Origin: Desulfomicrobium sp.
GTDB taxonomy: Bacteria > Desulfobacterota > Desulfovibrionia > Desulfovibrionales > Desulfomicrobiaceae
Reading direction: 5' to 3'
Length of the DNA: 64,000 bases
Assembly (NCBI GenBank): GCA_040768745.1
Contig: JAXGMI010000001.1
Location: 672,001-736,000, forward strand
Below the pieces are notes generated by a model. The model did no database searches. It was given only the letters and a program-made list of their open reading frames with translations, and was not told the origin of the DNA. Of the stretch, positions 40,987 through 52,372 are shown one piece after another. The position numbers and the translations under genes were made by a program. Numbering within the stretch: the stretch's first letter is position 1; every line of letters begins with the position of its first letter.

Positions 40987-41963
40987 GAGCCGTGTTCATG
41001 GGCACGCCCGATTTCGCGGCCGCGTCCCTGAGGCACCTCCTGACCTGGGGCGGCTGCGACATCGTGGGCGTCTATGCCCAGCCGGACCGCCCCTGCGGAC
41101 GGGGTCAGATCTGCACCCCCCCTCCGGTCAAGGTCCTGGCCATGGAAAAACGCCTGCCCGTGTTCCAGCCCCTCAATTTCAAGGCCCAGCCCGAGGTGGA
41201 TCAGCTGGCCGCCCTCAAGCCAGACCTGCTGCTCGTGGCCGCCTACGGTCTGATCCTGCCCCAGTCCGTGCTGGACATCCCGCCCCTCGGCGCCCTCAAT
41301 GTGCACGCCTCGCTTCTGCCCGAATACAGGGGGGCGGCGCCCATCCACCGGGCCATCATGGATGGCCGGCACGTGACCGGCATAACCATCATGCGCATGG
41401 AGGCAGGTCTGGACACAGGCGACATCCTGCTCCAGCGCAGCTTGGCCATCGGCATCGAGGACACGGCCCAGACCCTGCACGACGAACTGGCCGAGATGGG
41501 CGGCAGGCTTCTGGTCGACGCCCTGGAAAAAATGGGACAGGGCCGGCTGGTGCGCATTCCCCAGGATCACGGCAGGGCAACCTATGCGGCCAAGCTCTCC
41601 AAGGACGAGGGCCGCATCGATTGGGATCAGCCGGCCCTGACCGTGCACAACCGCATCCGCGGCCTCTTTCCCTGGCCGGGTTCCTGGTTCGACTGGACCG
41701 GGATGCCGGGCAGAACCCTGCGCCTGACCGTGTATCCGGGGCGTATTGGCGAGGTTCGGCCCGAAAACGCGGCACCCGGTGAAATCGTCGGTGTGGCCGG
41801 AGACACCGTGCTTATCGCTTGCAGGGACCGCATCTACGCCGTGCCCCACGTCAAGCCGGCAGGGAGCAAGCCCCTCAAAGGACATGAATTCTATTGCGGG
41901 TACCTGAGCCGCTGCTCAGGCGAACACCTCGTCCAACCCGAGCCCTCCTGCCCTGAAGGCTGA
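40959..41963 (+). CDS. fmt: Methionyl-tRNA formyltransferase
   Basis: FMGTPDFA, QPDRPCGRG, NVHASLLPEYRGAAPI, GLDTGD. Confidence 0.97.
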   Translation: MAEAEKRRLRAVFMGTPDFAAASLRHLLTWGGCDIVGVYAQPDRPCGRGQICTPPPVKVLAMEKRLPVFQPLNFKAQPEVDQLAALKPDLLLVAAYGLILPQSVLDIPPLGALNVHASLLPEYRGAAPIHRAIMDGRHVTGITIMRMEAGLDTGDILLQRSLAIGIEDTAQTLHDELAEMGGRLLVDALEKMGQGRLVRIPQDHGRATYAAKLSKDEGRIDWDQPALTVHNRIRGLFPWPGSWFDWTGMPGRTLRLTVYPGRIGEVRPENAAPGEIVGVAGDTVLIACRDRIYAVPHVKPAGSKPLKGHEFYCGYLSRCSGEHLVQPEPSCPEG

Positions 41964-41972
41964 CACCCCACC

Positions 41973-42782
41973 ATGCCCAAACCCGGAAGCACCCCGCAGC
42001 GATTCGCTCCCCTGGAGCGGGAGATCCGGGACAGTTTCAAGACCCGCAAGCGGGTCTTCATCGGGCTGATCACCGGCTCTTCTGTCCTGGTCTGCGCATT
42101 CCTGGCCCTGCTCTGGATCATCCCGTATTACGGACTGACCACCATCCACCCGGCTGCGCCCTGGGTGCTCGGCACCGCTGTCCTGATCCTGATTCTGGCC
42201 ATCGGCTGGGCCGCCCTGGCTCTGGTCCTGAACATCCTCCTGGGCCGGCCGGTGCTCTTCTCCCAACGCCTGCGCGGCGTCACGATCAAGCTCTTCCTCC
42301 CGCTGATGACCCTTCTGGGACGGGTGGTGGGCATCCCCAAACAGACCGTGCGATCCTCGTTCATCAAGGTCAACAATGAGCTGGTCAAGGGCGAAGGACA
42401 CCGCTATCCGCCGGAAAAAATCCTCCTGCTCATGCCGCACTGCATCCAGAGCAGCCGCTGCAAATTCCGCCTGACCTACGACATCGACAACTGCAAGCGT
42501 TGCGGGGAATGCTCCATGGCCGGACTCCTGGAATTGCGGGACAGGTTCGGCATCACGCTGGCCGTGGCCACGGGCGGGACCATCGCCCGGCGCATCGTGG
42601 TCCAGCACCGCCCCCGGCTGATCATCGCCGTGGCCTGCGAACGGGACTTGGCCAGTGGCATCCAGGACGCCTACCCCGTGCCTGTTTTCGGCATCCTCAA
42701 CACACGCCCCTTCGGCCCCTGCCTGGACACGGGCGTGGCCCTGGATCAGGTGGAGTGGGCCATCAGCGAATTTTCCGCATGA
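41973..42782 (+). CDS. DUF116-like membrane protein
   Basis: LLMPHCIQ, CKRCGEC, ATGGT, AVACERDL, GPCLDT. Confidence 0.8.
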   Translation: MPKPGSTPQRFAPLEREIRDSFKTRKRVFIGLITGSSVLVCAFLALLWIIPYYGLTTIHPAAPWVLGTAVLILILAIGWAALALVLNILLGRPVLFSQRLRGVTIKLFLPLMTLLGRVVGIPKQTVRSSFIKVNNELVKGEGHRYPPEKILLLMPHCIQSSRCKFRLTYDIDNCKRCGECSMAGLLELRDRFGITLAVATGGTIARRIVVQHRPRLIIAVACERDLASGIQDAYPVPVFGILNTRPFGPCLDTGVALDQVEWAISEFSA

Positions 42783-44053
42783 GCATCCCCCCGGCCCGCA
42801 GCATGGCCCTCGACATCCTGCGCCGCACCCTGGATCAGCGTCAGGATCTGCAGGCCGCTGTGGACACCGTTCTGGGCATGGCCGCCCCTGGCCCTGAAAC
42901 AGGGCTGGCCACGGAGCTGGCCTACGGCTATCTGCGCCTGCGCGGCCGACTCGACTTCCTGCTGAGCCTGCTGCTCAAGAACCCGGTCCAGACCTCACCC
43001 GCATTGAAACGCATCCTGGGACTGGCCGCTTATGAACTCCTCTTCCTGGGCGGGGTGCCCGAGTACGCCACCCTGGACTGGGCCGTCAGCCTGACCAAAA
43101 AACGTCTTGGCCAGACCATGGCCAACGTGGTCAACGGCGTGCTGCGCAACCTGATCCGCCTGGGCCCGGACGCCCGACACGCGGATCTTTATCGAACCAG
43201 GACAACCGGGGTCGTCCCCTTTCTCGCGGCCTGGTATTCCTGCCCGGCCTGGCTGGCCCGGATGTGGATCGCTGCCTATGGGCAGGAACAGACCGAGCTG
43301 TTCCTGCGGGCCACCCTGTCCCCACCGCCCGTGGGCGTGCGCATCAACCAAACCCATCCCGGAGCCCCGGACCTGAGACGGGTCATGCAACAATCGTCCG
43401 CCTGTCCCGGGGACTGGTCGTGCGTGCTCCACTCCTGGACGGACTTTATGCGCGACGCCGCACGCAACGGCGTGGCCACCCGTCAGAGCCTGGCGGCCCA
43501 GAGCATCATGGGCGACCTCGACGTGGCCCGCTGGCCCGACCCGATCCTGGACGCCTGCGCCGGCCGCGGCGGCAAGGCCTTCCTGATGGCGGAACTGGGC
43601 AAGACGGTCTGGGCCTCGGACATCAACGTCTTCCGGCTCAGACAGCTGCGCAGCGAAAGCCGACGGCTCGGTCTGGCGGTCCCGGCCTTCCTGGCCCCCG
43701 GGCAGGGCCCCTATCCCCTGCGGATTGCGCCGCAAACCGTGTTTCTGGACGCACCCTGCTCGGGCCTGGGTGTTCTGGCCCGGCGACCGGACATCAAATG
43801 GAAGCGCACGCCCGAGGACTGCGCCGGACTGGCCGAACTGCAGCGGGAAATCCTGGCCGGCGCAGCGGGACTTCTGCCGTCCGGCGGCCATCTCGTCTAT
43901 GTGACCTGCACCCTGCATCCCGACGAAAACCAGACCCAGATCCAGCGCTTTCTGGCCCTGCACCCGCAGTTTTCCCTTCTCATCGAAGTGCAGACCGCCA
44001 CGGACTCCGGGCTGGGAGAGTTCTTTTACGGCGCTGCGATGCGCAAAAAATGA
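42779..44053 (+). CDS. RsmB/Sun-like RNA m5C methyltransferase with NusB-like N-domain
   Basis: VNGVLRN, LDACAGRGGK, LDAPCSGLG..RRPDIKW, YVTCT. Confidence 0.88.
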   Translation: MSIPPARSMALDILRRTLDQRQDLQAAVDTVLGMAAPGPETGLATELAYGYLRLRGRLDFLLSLLLKNPVQTSPALKRILGLAAYELLFLGGVPEYATLDWAVSLTKKRLGQTMANVVNGVLRNLIRLGPDARHADLYRTRTTGVVPFLAAWYSCPAWLARMWIAAYGQEQTELFLRATLSPPPVGVRINQTHPGAPDLRRVMQQSSACPGDWSCVLHSWTDFMRDAARNGVATRQSLAAQSIMGDLDVARWPDPILDACAGRGGKAFLMAELGKTVWASDINVFRLRQLRSESRRLGLAVPAFLAPGQGPYPLRIAPQTVFLDAPCSGLGVLARRPDIKWKRTPEDCAGLAELQREILAGAAGLLPSGGHLVYVTCTLHPDENQTQIQRFLALHPQFSLLIEVQTATDSGLGEFFYGAAMRKK

Positions 44054-44144
44054 TCGTGATTGCGGGTGGATGGAGGAATGCTGCGCAGGGTGGATCCACC
44101 GCGGCATGGCCCGCACAGCCCAAAAAGCCCGTCGCGTTCCCGGC

Positions 44145-44393
44145 CTATGCCTTGCTGTTGGCCCGCCGATGGAATTCCTTGATCAGAATTTTTTCCAGAC
44201 AATCCCTGCAGAGGTCCGTATTGTTGCAGTGCTGCAGCCGCATTTCGATGGCCGGATTCATCTTCCCGAGCTGGCCGCCCAGCCTGGTCAGGTTGACCGG
44301 GTCCTCGATGCAGAGAGTAAAGCGGTCCTCGTAGATTCCCTCCTTGAGACCCAGGATCTCCATCCCGCAGACATCGCAAAATCTCTTGATCAT
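44145..44393 (-). CDS. Small Cys-rich hypothetical protein (82 aa)
   Basis: RBS AGGAGG; MIKRFCDVCG...DLCRDCL, two CxxC pairs. Confidence 0.65.
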   Translation of the reverse strand: MIKRFCDVCGMEILGLKEGIYEDRFTLCIEDPVNLTRLGGQLGKMNPAIEMRLQHCNNTDLCRDCLEKILIKEFHRRANSKA

Positions 44394-44628
44394 CCCCGCC
44401 TCCTGCGCCTTGTGATCACCGCAGAAAACCATTTGATTCAAAGGAATGGATCCCCCCTCTGCGCGGGGATGACGTCGCAACATGCGGTCAGCCGGGATTC
44501 CGGCCAGTCCCGGTCTATGGATTGCCGACAGAAGTGACGCACGGCATCGACGTCATTCCCACGCAGGCGGACTTGTGCCCGCCAGGGTAAATCCATGTCT
44601 CTCCCCGCCCCGACGTCTGCAACAGCCC

Positions 44629-45543
44629 CTAGGCCCTGAGCGTGCCCCGGTACTCGTCCCAGGACGATATCCCCAGCGACTCGGCCAGAGTGCGGACCTC
44701 CTCCACCAGGCGGAAGGCGTTGTCCGGCCGCATGAAATTGAAGGTCCCCACCTGGACCGCATGGGCCCCCACCAGAATGAACTCCAGCACATCCTCGGCG
44801 CTGGTGATCCCGCCCATGCCGATGACCGGGACCTGCACGGCCCGGGTGACCTGATGAACCATGCGCAACGCCACCGGCTTCACCGCTGGGCCGGAGAGTC
44901 CGCCGACAATGTTGGCCAGACGGCTCCTGCGGGTGCGAATGTCCACGGACATGCCCGAAAGGGTGTTGATGAGGGACAGCATGTCCGCGCCTGCGTCCAC
45001 CGCGGCCCGGGCGATGACCGTCACATCGGTCACGTTGGGGCTCAGCTTGACCATGACCGGCTTGGACCCGGCCCGTTTCTTCACCGCGGAGGTGACCCGG
45101 GCGGCCATGGCCGGATCCTGCCCGAACTGCACCCCGCCCTCGCGCACGTTGGGGCATGAGATGTTCACCTCCAGGGCCGCCACCCGCTCCTGGGCCGCGA
45201 ATATGGCCGCCAGCTCGCCGAAATCCTCTGGCGTCTGGGCATACAGATTGGCGATGAGGGTGGTCCCCGGTGGGATATAGGGCAGCTTTTCGGCCAGGAA
45301 TTTCTTCACGCCCACATTCTGCAGTCCGATGGCATTGAGCATCCCGCACGGCGTCTCGGCGATGCGCGGCGTGGGGTTGCCCTCGCGTGGGGCCAGGGAA
45401 ATGCCTTTCAGGCAGATGGCACCGAGGGCGGTCAGGTCGCCGTAGCGCATGAATTCCAGGCCGTAGCCGAAGGTGCCCGAAGCCGTGATGACGGGATTCT
45501 TCAGGGTGAGGGGCCCGAGTTGGACAGTCTGATCCATGATCAT
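44629..45543 (-). CDS. pyrD: Dihydroorotate dehydrogenase B catalytic subunit
   Basis: [43 protein letters not shown]. Confidence 0.96.
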   Translation of the reverse strand: MIMDQTVQLGPLTLKNPVITASGTFGYGLEFMRYGDLTALGAICLKGISLAPREGNPTPRIAETPCGMLNAIGLQNVGVKKFLAEKLPYIPPGTTLIANLYAQTPEDFGELAAIFAAQERVAALEVNISCPNVREGGVQFGQDPAMAARVTSAVKKRAGSKPVMVKLSPNVTDVTVIARAAVDAGADMLSLINTLSGMSVDIRTRRSRLANIVGGLSGPAVKPVALRMVHQVTRAVQVPVIGMGGITSAEDVLEFILVGAHAVQVGTFNFMRPDNAFRLVEEVRTLAESLGISSWDEYRGTLRA

Positions 45544-46316
45544 TCCCCCAGATCGATGTCGCGCACGTCAAAGACCGGGCCGTGCACGCAACTTTGCACA
45601 TATTCGCCCGTGACGGTCCTGCCCACGCATCCAAGACATGCCCCCACCCCGCAGGCCATGCGGTTTTCCAGGGAGATCTGCCCTTCGGTGCCATGCATCA
45701 GGCAGTACCTGCGCACCACCTTGAGCATGGGCTCCGGCCCGCAGGCCAGGACCTGACCAATTCCGGACAGGGTCTTGATCCGCCCGGACAGCACGGTTTC
45801 GAAAGCGGCGATGTCGGCCGCTGTGGTCTGCCGCATGGCCTCGCTCTCTATCCGATCCGCTATTTCAGCATAGGGATAATGACACAGGTCCAGGCGGTGG
45901 CCGAAGAGCATGGACAGGTTGTCCGTTTTTTCCCTCCTGGCCAGCATGACGAACGGGGCGATGCCCACCCCTCCGGCCAGGATCAGGTTGGGCCTGTTCT
46001 CGTCGATGCGGAACCAGCGCCCCAGGGGCCCCCACACCGCGACCTTCTGCCCGGGCTGGAGCCCGGCCAGTTTGCGCGTGCCCCGGCCCACGACCTGGAA
46101 AAAGATGCGCAGCCCAGCATCCGAAACGTCGCAGACCGAGAAGGGCCTGGGCCAGACCAGCTCCGAGCCCCAATCCAGGGGGCGGATCATGACGAACTGC
46201 CCGGCCCTGCAGGTCCATCCCGGAGGGGAAAGCACGAGGTCCACCAGGGTGGGCTCGGTTCCGGGCCGGCAGGACAGGACCTGCAGTTCCCGGCATGGTG
46301 TCTGGGTGGTGTTCAT
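45540..46316 (-). CDS. pyrK: Dihydroorotate dehydrogenase electron transfer subunit
   Basis: [39 protein letters not shown]. Confidence 0.93.
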   Translation of the reverse strand: MNTTQTPCRELQVLSCRPGTEPTLVDLVLSPPGWTCRAGQFVMIRPLDWGSELVWPRPFSVCDVSDAGLRIFFQVVGRGTRKLAGLQPGQKVAVWGPLGRWFRIDENRPNLILAGGVGIAPFVMLARREKTDNLSMLFGHRLDLCHYPYAEIADRIESEAMRQTTAADIAAFETVLSGRIKTLSGIGQVLACGPEPMLKVVRRYCLMHGTEGQISLENRMACGVGACLGCVGRTVTGEYVQSCVHGPVFDVRDIDLGE

Positions 46317-47920
46317 GGTTGTTTTCCGGACGCCGGGGCGTCGTGCGTAGAGGGTGGAACAGCGGGGGTCTCCCCGGCCATGCGGGCCAGCTCTGCCTGG
46401 CGCCCGGGCGCGGAGAGGGTCGCGCAGAAGGTGAATGTCGTCCCCCCCTGCACTTCCTTGCGGATGGCGAAATGTTCGTCGGCCAGCCGGGCCAGCTGGG
46501 GCCAGTGGGTGACGAGGATGACCTGCTGGCGCTGGGCCAGGGCCCGGATGCGATCGGCCACCTTCATCAGGGTCTGACCGCCGATCCCGGAATCGACCTC
46601 GTCAAAGAGCAAAGCCGGAAGCTGCTCCCTGGCCCGCAGGCTGACCACAGCCAGCAGGAAACGGGACAGCTCCCCGCCCGAGGCGATGCGGTCCAGGGGC
46701 TGCGGGTCCAGGCCGGGATTGGGCAGCCACAAAAACCGGGGCCGCAGCTCCTCGACTCCGGGGTGGATGGGCAGGGGTCGGAAATCCACCAGCACCCGCA
46801 CGTGGTCCGAAAAACCCAGGTTGACCAGTTCCTGCTCGAGATTCCTGGTCAAGCCCGCGGACGCCTCCCGTCTGGCCGTGTTCAGAGCCTCCGTGGCCTG
46901 CCCCAGGACCGCGGCGGCCAGGGCTTCGTCCTTTTCCAGACGTTTCAGCTCCAGTCCGCTTTGATCCAGAAAGGACAGGTTCTCCTCGATTTCCGCACCC
47001 AGGGTGATGACGGAATCCAGGGAACGCTTCAATTTGCGCTGGAGCTGCTGCAGGTCCCACAGCCGCTTTTCCACACTTTCCGCATCGAACTCCTGGGTCT
47101 GACGCGTGACCGCGGACCGCAGGTCGCGCAGCACCTCGGACAGGCTGTCCCGGAACCGCCCCACCTCCTGGGCATGAACGCGGAAATGCTCGCCGGCATC
47201 GCCCAGACCGGCCAGAAGCCGCTCCAGGGCGGTCAGGGAGTCCTGCAAACCGGTCTCCCCAAGCAAAAGCCCCTGGGCCTCTACCGCCCCTTGGCGAACC
47301 CGTTCAGCCTGCCGGGAACTCTCGCGCAGCCGGAGAAGCTCCTCCTCTTCCCCGGGGCGGGGATCCACCTTGCGGATCTCGGACAACTGGAATTCCAGGA
47401 ATTCACGGCGCTCCAGGAAACCGGCCATGCGGCGCTCGACCTCGTCCCTGCGGGCCAGGATGCCTTGCACCCGGTCGCGGGCCGAGCGCTGCTCGGTCAG
47501 GATCCGGGGATCGGGCAGAAAGGCGTCGAGGATCTCGACATGGTGCTCCGGGGTCAGCAGCCGCTGCTGCCCGTGCTGGCTGGTGTGCAGCAGGAGGCCG
47601 GGCCGCAGTTCGGCCAGGCGTTCCTGGGAGCTCAGATCGTCGTTGATGAAAAGGCGGCTGCGCCCCGTCTTGGCGGAGAGCTCGCGGCGGAGGAAGACCT
47701 CCTCCCCGTCCAGGCGGAACACGGCTTCCACCAGGGCCTTTTCGCGGCCCGGGCGGACCAGGTCCGCGGCGATGCGATCGCCGAGGATGAAGTCCAGCGC
47801 ACGCAGTATGAACGACTTGCCGGCCCCGGACTCGCCCGTGAGCACGTTCAGGCCCGGACAGAACTCCAGTTCCACGTCGTCGATGAGGGCAAGGCTACGG
47901 ATGCGCAGAGTTTCAAGCAT
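46313..47920 (-). CDS. recN: DNA repair protein RecN
   Basis: LTGESGAGKS, ASGGELSR, FDEVDSGIGG, VTHWPQLA, ELARM. Confidence 0.95.
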   Translation of the reverse strand: MLETLRIRSLALIDDVELEFCPGLNVLTGESGAGKSFILRALDFILGDRIAADLVRPGREKALVEAVFRLDGEEVFLRRELSAKTGRSRLFINDDLSSQERLAELRPGLLLHTSQHGQQRLLTPEHHVEILDAFLPDPRILTEQRSARDRVQGILARRDEVERRMAGFLERREFLEFQLSEIRKVDPRPGEEEELLRLRESSRQAERVRQGAVEAQGLLLGETGLQDSLTALERLLAGLGDAGEHFRVHAQEVGRFRDSLSEVLRDLRSAVTRQTQEFDAESVEKRLWDLQQLQRKLKRSLDSVITLGAEIEENLSFLDQSGLELKRLEKDEALAAAVLGQATEALNTARREASAGLTRNLEQELVNLGFSDHVRVLVDFRPLPIHPGVEELRPRFLWLPNPGLDPQPLDRIASGGELSRFLLAVVSLRAREQLPALLFDEVDSGIGGQTLMKVADRIRALAQRQQVILVTHWPQLARLADEHFAIRKEVQGGTTFTFCATLSAPGRQAELARMAGETPAVPPSTHDAPASGKQP

Positions 47921-48105
47921 AGTTCCGCTGCTGCGTGGCTGTCATGGATGGATGGCGGCTCCTGGGACGGAAAACACCACCCGGTTCGCACTCTCCACGG
48001 CCTTGTAGCTTTCCGGTGCGGGCAAGGCAAATGGAAAGCGCCGTTCCTTGCGGCCAGGCGAGAGGGCCAGGGATGCGCGGAGGCAGCTGCCGCTCATGCC
48101 CCCGC

Positions 48106-49596
48106 CTAGGCGCCCTGGACAGGTCCGAAAAGGCGGGCAAAGGCCGGACTCCCGCATATCTCCCCCCACGGCCCCCGGGCCATGTCCCTGCCCCGCTCCA
48201 GGATCAGGCCGTGGGACAGCAGGTCCGCCGTGAACTCCGGGGTGTGCGTGGCCAGGACCACGGTCCGGCCCTGAGCCGTCAGATCCCGCAGCAGGGCGGC
48301 CATGCGCCCCTGCCAGGATGCGTCAAGGCCGGAAAACGGTTCGTCCAGGACCACGAGTTCGGGCCCATGCACCACGGCGCGGGCCAGCATGACCTGCCGG
48401 GCTTGGCCGTAGGACATGGACCTGATGGGCCTGGACAGCCAGTCCGCCATGTCCCAGGATCCGGCCAGGATCTCTGCTTCCAGCATCTGCCCCTCGGAAA
48501 GCCCGCGGTGCACCCCAAGGCCCCCGCACAGGCCGGACAGGAGCACGTCCCGGCAGGTGGCCTCTGGCTCGATCCACTCCTTGATCCACGGCGCCAGGAT
48601 GCCGATGCGGTCCCGGATGGCGGACACGTCGAAGCGTCCGGCCTGCCCGAACCAGGTCAGGCTTCCCCCTGGCCATGGGCGGCGGTATCCGGTGATCATC
48701 TGCAGCAGCGTGGACTTGCCGCTGCCGTTGTGTCCCAGCACGCCCCAGCTCTCCCCGGCCTGCACCGCCCAGGTCAGGCTATCCACGGCGGGCAGGCCGT
48801 CCATGACCACGGTGCAGGAACGGACATCCAGAACCGTCTCCGCCGCGCCCTGTGGCGCGGACCGTTTTGGCAGGTTCAAGGGTGTGGTCCTGACCGATGC
48901 AGGGCCATCGGCCAGCCGTCCGTGCTCCAGGTAGATGCGCCCCCTGATGGCATCCGGCATGGCCAGCACCCCCTGGCCGCTGACCAGCAACCGGGTGCGG
49001 CCCGAGACTGCGATGCGTTCCAGGGAGTCCAGCAGCTGGAACCGGCCGCGCCGGTCCAGGCCCTGGCCCAGCTCGTCCACGGCCAGGAGCTTTGGCTCCG
49101 CGATCATGGCCCGGGCCAGCAGCGCCCGCTTGGCCTGTCCCGTGGACACGGCCCGCATGGGGCGGTCCAGGACCGTGATCAATCCCATGTCGCTGCCCAG
49201 CACCCGGGCCTGCTCGCGCTCTTCCGGGGAGGCCTCGTGGTAGAGAAAAGGGGCGTTGCGCAGTCCTGCGCAGATCACTTCCCAGACCGGGACCTGCAGT
49301 TCGTGGCGCTGGTACCAGTCCGCCATGTCCGGGGCGACGAAGCGCATGTGGGGCCTTGCGGCGATGGGCGAAAGGAAGGTCTCCCCGCGCAGCACATAGG
49401 TCCTGGCCCCGCCGCTGCGCTGGGAGGGCCACAGTTCGCCGACAAGAAGGCGCAGCAGGGTGGTCTTGCCGGCGCCGTTGTCTCCCAGCACGGCAAAATG
49501 CCCTGATCCGGACAGGCTCAGGGTCAGATCGTGCAGGATCCGGGCCTCGCCCAGATCCACGTCCACATGGTCGAGATGGATTTCGAGCTCGTGCAT
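48106..49596 (-). CDS. ModF-like ABC ATPase with two nucleotide-binding domains
   Basis: GDNGAGKTT / GHNGSGKST; VSTGQ / MSYGQ; DELGQGLD / DEPFSGLD. Confidence 0.85.
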   Translation of the reverse strand: MHELEIHLDHVDVDLGEARILHDLTLSLSGSGHFAVLGDNGAGKTTLLRLLVGELWPSQRSGGARTYVLRGETFLSPIAARPHMRFVAPDMADWYQRHELQVPVWEVICAGLRNAPFLYHEASPEEREQARVLGSDMGLITVLDRPMRAVSTGQAKRALLARAMIAEPKLLAVDELGQGLDRRGRFQLLDSLERIAVSGRTRLLVSGQGVLAMPDAIRGRIYLEHGRLADGPASVRTTPLNLPKRSAPQGAAETVLDVRSCTVVMDGLPAVDSLTWAVQAGESWGVLGHNGSGKSTLLQMITGYRRPWPGGSLTWFGQAGRFDVSAIRDRIGILAPWIKEWIEPEATCRDVLLSGLCGGLGVHRGLSEGQMLEAEILAGSWDMADWLSRPIRSMSYGQARQVMLARAVVHGPELVVLDEPFSGLDASWQGRMAALLRDLTAQGRTVVLATHTPEFTADLLSHGLILERGRDMARGPWGEICGSPAFARLFGPVQGA

Positions 49597-49619
49597 GGGT
49601 ACCGCGGATCAGGCCCGGC

Positions 49620-50231
49620 TTACTGGCCGCGCAAGAGCTCCATGTCGACGGTCAGTTCCACGCTATCGCCCATGACGCCCATCTGGGTCCACCTTGCCGA
49701 GCCCACATGGAATTCCACGCGATTGATGGAAAATTGAGCCTGCAGCCCAAGGACCTTGGTGTTCGGCATTTTGTCCTTGAAAGGGTGATCCGCAATGCCC
49801 AGCACCTTGAGCGGAACCCGGACCTCGGCGGTCACGTCCCGGATTGTCAGGTCCCCGACCACGACCAGTTCATTGCCGTCCCTGGCCTCCACCTTCTTGG
49901 AGGCGAAAATGATCCGCGGGGAACGGGCCACGTCGAGAAAATCTTCGCCGCGCAGGTGCTCGTCGCGCTGGGGCACGCCGGTGTGCACGCTGGCGCTGTC
50001 AATGAGAATGTAGAACTGGCTGCGTTCCGGCTCCCGGGGGTCATACTCCACCTCTCCGGAGAACCTGGCGAAAATCCCGGGCACATGGCCGACGATATGC
50101 CGTATCCTGAAGCCGATGGTGGAGTGCTCCTTGTCGATCTGCCAGTGCTGACCGGACGCTTCTGCCCCCAGGGCGGCGGATCCGCTGAATATGAAGGTCG
50201 CAAGAATCAGGGTGGCCGATAAAAATCGCAT
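49620..50231 (-). CDS. YceI-family protein
   Basis: Signal peptide, WQIDKEHSTIGF, RDEHLR..DF, GDLTIRDVT. Confidence 0.92.
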   Translation of the reverse strand: MRFLSATLILATFIFSGSAALGAEASGQHWQIDKEHSTIGFRIRHIVGHVPGIFARFSGEVEYDPREPERSQFYILIDSASVHTGVPQRDEHLRGEDFLDVARSPRIIFASKKVEARDGNELVVVGDLTIRDVTAEVRVPLKVLGIADHPFKDKMPNTKVLGLQAQFSINRVEFHVGSARWTQMGVMGDSVELTVDMELLRGQ

Positions 50232-50429
50232 CGTGATTACCTCCGGTGATGCTTCTGCCGGCATCCACCATGGCCGGGACATCGTGCTGGCCGACGGGAT
50301 GCATGGCGCGGGGACGCGCGTATTCGGGTCCCCCCTATCAGGGAGTCCCCTCTTCCACCAGATGGCGGTCTGAAAAATTTTTCGGGTTGACAGGCGCAGT
50401 CGTTTGTATCAAAAGCAGCTTCGCGTTGT

Positions 50430-50505
<76 letters not shown>

Positions 50506-50542
50506 ACAACAAACGCATACAAAATGCCCTTGAATGCCGAAC

Positions 50543-50571
50543 AAGAAAACCGCCGAAATGGCGGTTTTCTT
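50543..50571 (+). terminator. tRNA-Ala terminator hairpin, duplicated by IS1182 (second copy 52188-52216)
   Basis: AAGAAAACCGCC-GAAAT-GGCGGTTTTCTT. Confidence 0.85.
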
Positions 50572-52187
50572 CAGACCACTGACAAACCCTCGTCACACTG
50601 TCCGGCGAGGGTTTGTTTTTTCTGACGATGTGTATTTTTCCTGAAATCGTTCAGGAGGCCCTTCTGGGATCAAATTGGGGCGTATTGGCGCTTCTGTTGT
50701 TGGAATATCCCGTAAATAAAGGACAGAATCATCCCGGCCATGGCGCCCGCCGGGCTTGCTGGCCTGCGGAGTCCCAACCTGGACAAGTGCAGCGCGATTT
50801 TCTTCATGTTGAACGCGGCCGCACACAGCAGGCACTGCTCCAAGACCTTCGAGAGACCACGCATCCGGGCGTAACGATGCCCATGCAGTTCCTTGCAGTC
50901 GGCAAAGCTGCGTTCAACCGTTTCCTTGCGTCGGGCATAGATGGCCTTGCCACGCTCCGTCAGCCGGTTGGAGTCGATGCGTTCCCGACTATCTTCCCAT
51001 ACGTGGCGCGCTATGACCCGTCGGCATATCTTGCTGGTCGTGCATCTCTCAAGAAGCTGACATGCTTTGCAAATCTTGGGATCCGAGGCGTATTCCCGGT
51101 AACCCGCCCGGTTGGTGGTTCGGTAACTCAAAAGGCAGTTTGCAGGGCAGACGTAGCAATCCACTGAGTCGTCGTAGAAAAAATCCTTGCGTCTGAAGCG
51201 GCCCGTGTTTTTTCCAAAACGACGGTAGCCAACCACTCCAAAAATCCCTCTCTCCTCAAGCCCTTTGCAGATTCCTGTCGTCGCGTAGCCAGCATCCAGT
51301 CCAACCGCCTCCACTTCAAAACCAAATCGTTCGCGCTGTCGATCAAGACGATCAAGATACGGTATCGAGTCATGCACATTGCCTGGCGTCACGTACGTAT
51401 CCGTGATCAGGCCATGAAGACCGTCCACCGAGCGGTGATCCAGAAAGAAGAACCCCTTGGGCTTGCCGTCCCGGTGCATGTAGCCAGACTCCGGGTCCGT
51501 CGTGCTCTGCTTGACCGTCTTGGTTTCGGGTTCCGGATCGTTCTCTTTCAACGCCTTCTTGCCGTGGTCGGCCCGGTCCTGGGCAACGTCCCGCTCCAGA
51601 TCATCGATGTAATCCCGCGTGCTCTTGGCAACCTCGGCTTCGACAAACTTGTTCTTGTTGGCGTTGGCCTTGAGGTGGGTCGAATCCGTGTACAGGGTAC
51701 GACCGTCGATCATCTTGCGGCGGATGGCCTGAACCACGATCTCGTCGAAAATCTCCTGGTAGACCGTGCTCTGGTTGAAGCGACGGCGGCGGTTCTGGCT
51801 GATGGTCGAGGCGTCGGGAATCTTGTCTTCCAGGCTGAAGCCCAAAAACCAGCGGTAGGCGACATTGACCTTGATCTCCTCAATCAGCCGCCGCTCACTG
51901 CGGATGCCGAACAGATACCCCAGAAAGAGCATCTTGAAGAGCACTGTCGGATCAAGAGCCGGCCGGCCGTTGTCCGGACAGTACAGGTCTTTGACCTTGT
52001 CGTGGATGAAACGGAAATCGATGAACTTGGTGATCTTACGAAGAAGATGATCTTTGGGAACCAAGCGCTCGATGCAGACGAATTCGTACTTCAGTTGTTT
52101 GGGTCCTGTGCTGCGTAACATGTAAGCTTTCATAACAAAACCCCCGTCATTTGACGAGGGTTTTGAGGTGACTTTGTCAGCAGTCTG
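50572..52187 (-). mobile_element. IS1182-family element, copy 2 (1616 bp)
   Basis: Same IRs and transposase as 30641..32256; 29-bp flanking DR. Confidence 0.95.
50670..52133 (-). CDS. IS1182-family transposase
   Basis: Identical protein to 30695..32158. Confidence 0.94.
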   Translation of the reverse strand: MKAYMLRSTGPKQLKYEFVCIERLVPKDHLLRKITKFIDFRFIHDKVKDLYCPDNGRPALDPTVLFKMLFLGYLFGIRSERRLIEEIKVNVAYRWFLGFSLEDKIPDASTISQNRRRRFNQSTVYQEIFDEIVVQAIRRKMIDGRTLYTDSTHLKANANKNKFVEAEVAKSTRDYIDDLERDVAQDRADHGKKALKENDPEPETKTVKQSTTDPESGYMHRDGKPKGFFFLDHRSVDGLHGLITDTYVTPGNVHDSIPYLDRLDRQRERFGFEVEAVGLDAGYATTGICKGLEERGIFGVVGYRRFGKNTGRFRRKDFFYDDSVDCYVCPANCLLSYRTTNRAGYREYASDPKICKACQLLERCTTSKICRRVIARHVWEDSRERIDSNRLTERGKAIYARRKETVERSFADCKELHGHRYARMRGLSKVLEQCLLCAAAFNMKKIALHLSRLGLRRPASPAGAMAGMILSFIYGIFQQQKRQYAPI

Positions 52188-52372
52188 AAGAAAACCGCCG
52201 AAATGGCGGTTTTCTTGTTTTGGTGGGCCAAACAGCAATGTTGGCTTCCCCGGCCCATCAATGCCCTCCCATTCGACAATCCAAAAGTCCTGCCGTACAT
52301 CATGCCCATGATGCAGCGCGAGGCGACAGGCCCTCTTGGGAACTTACCCTTCTGACCCATCGGGAGGTCACC

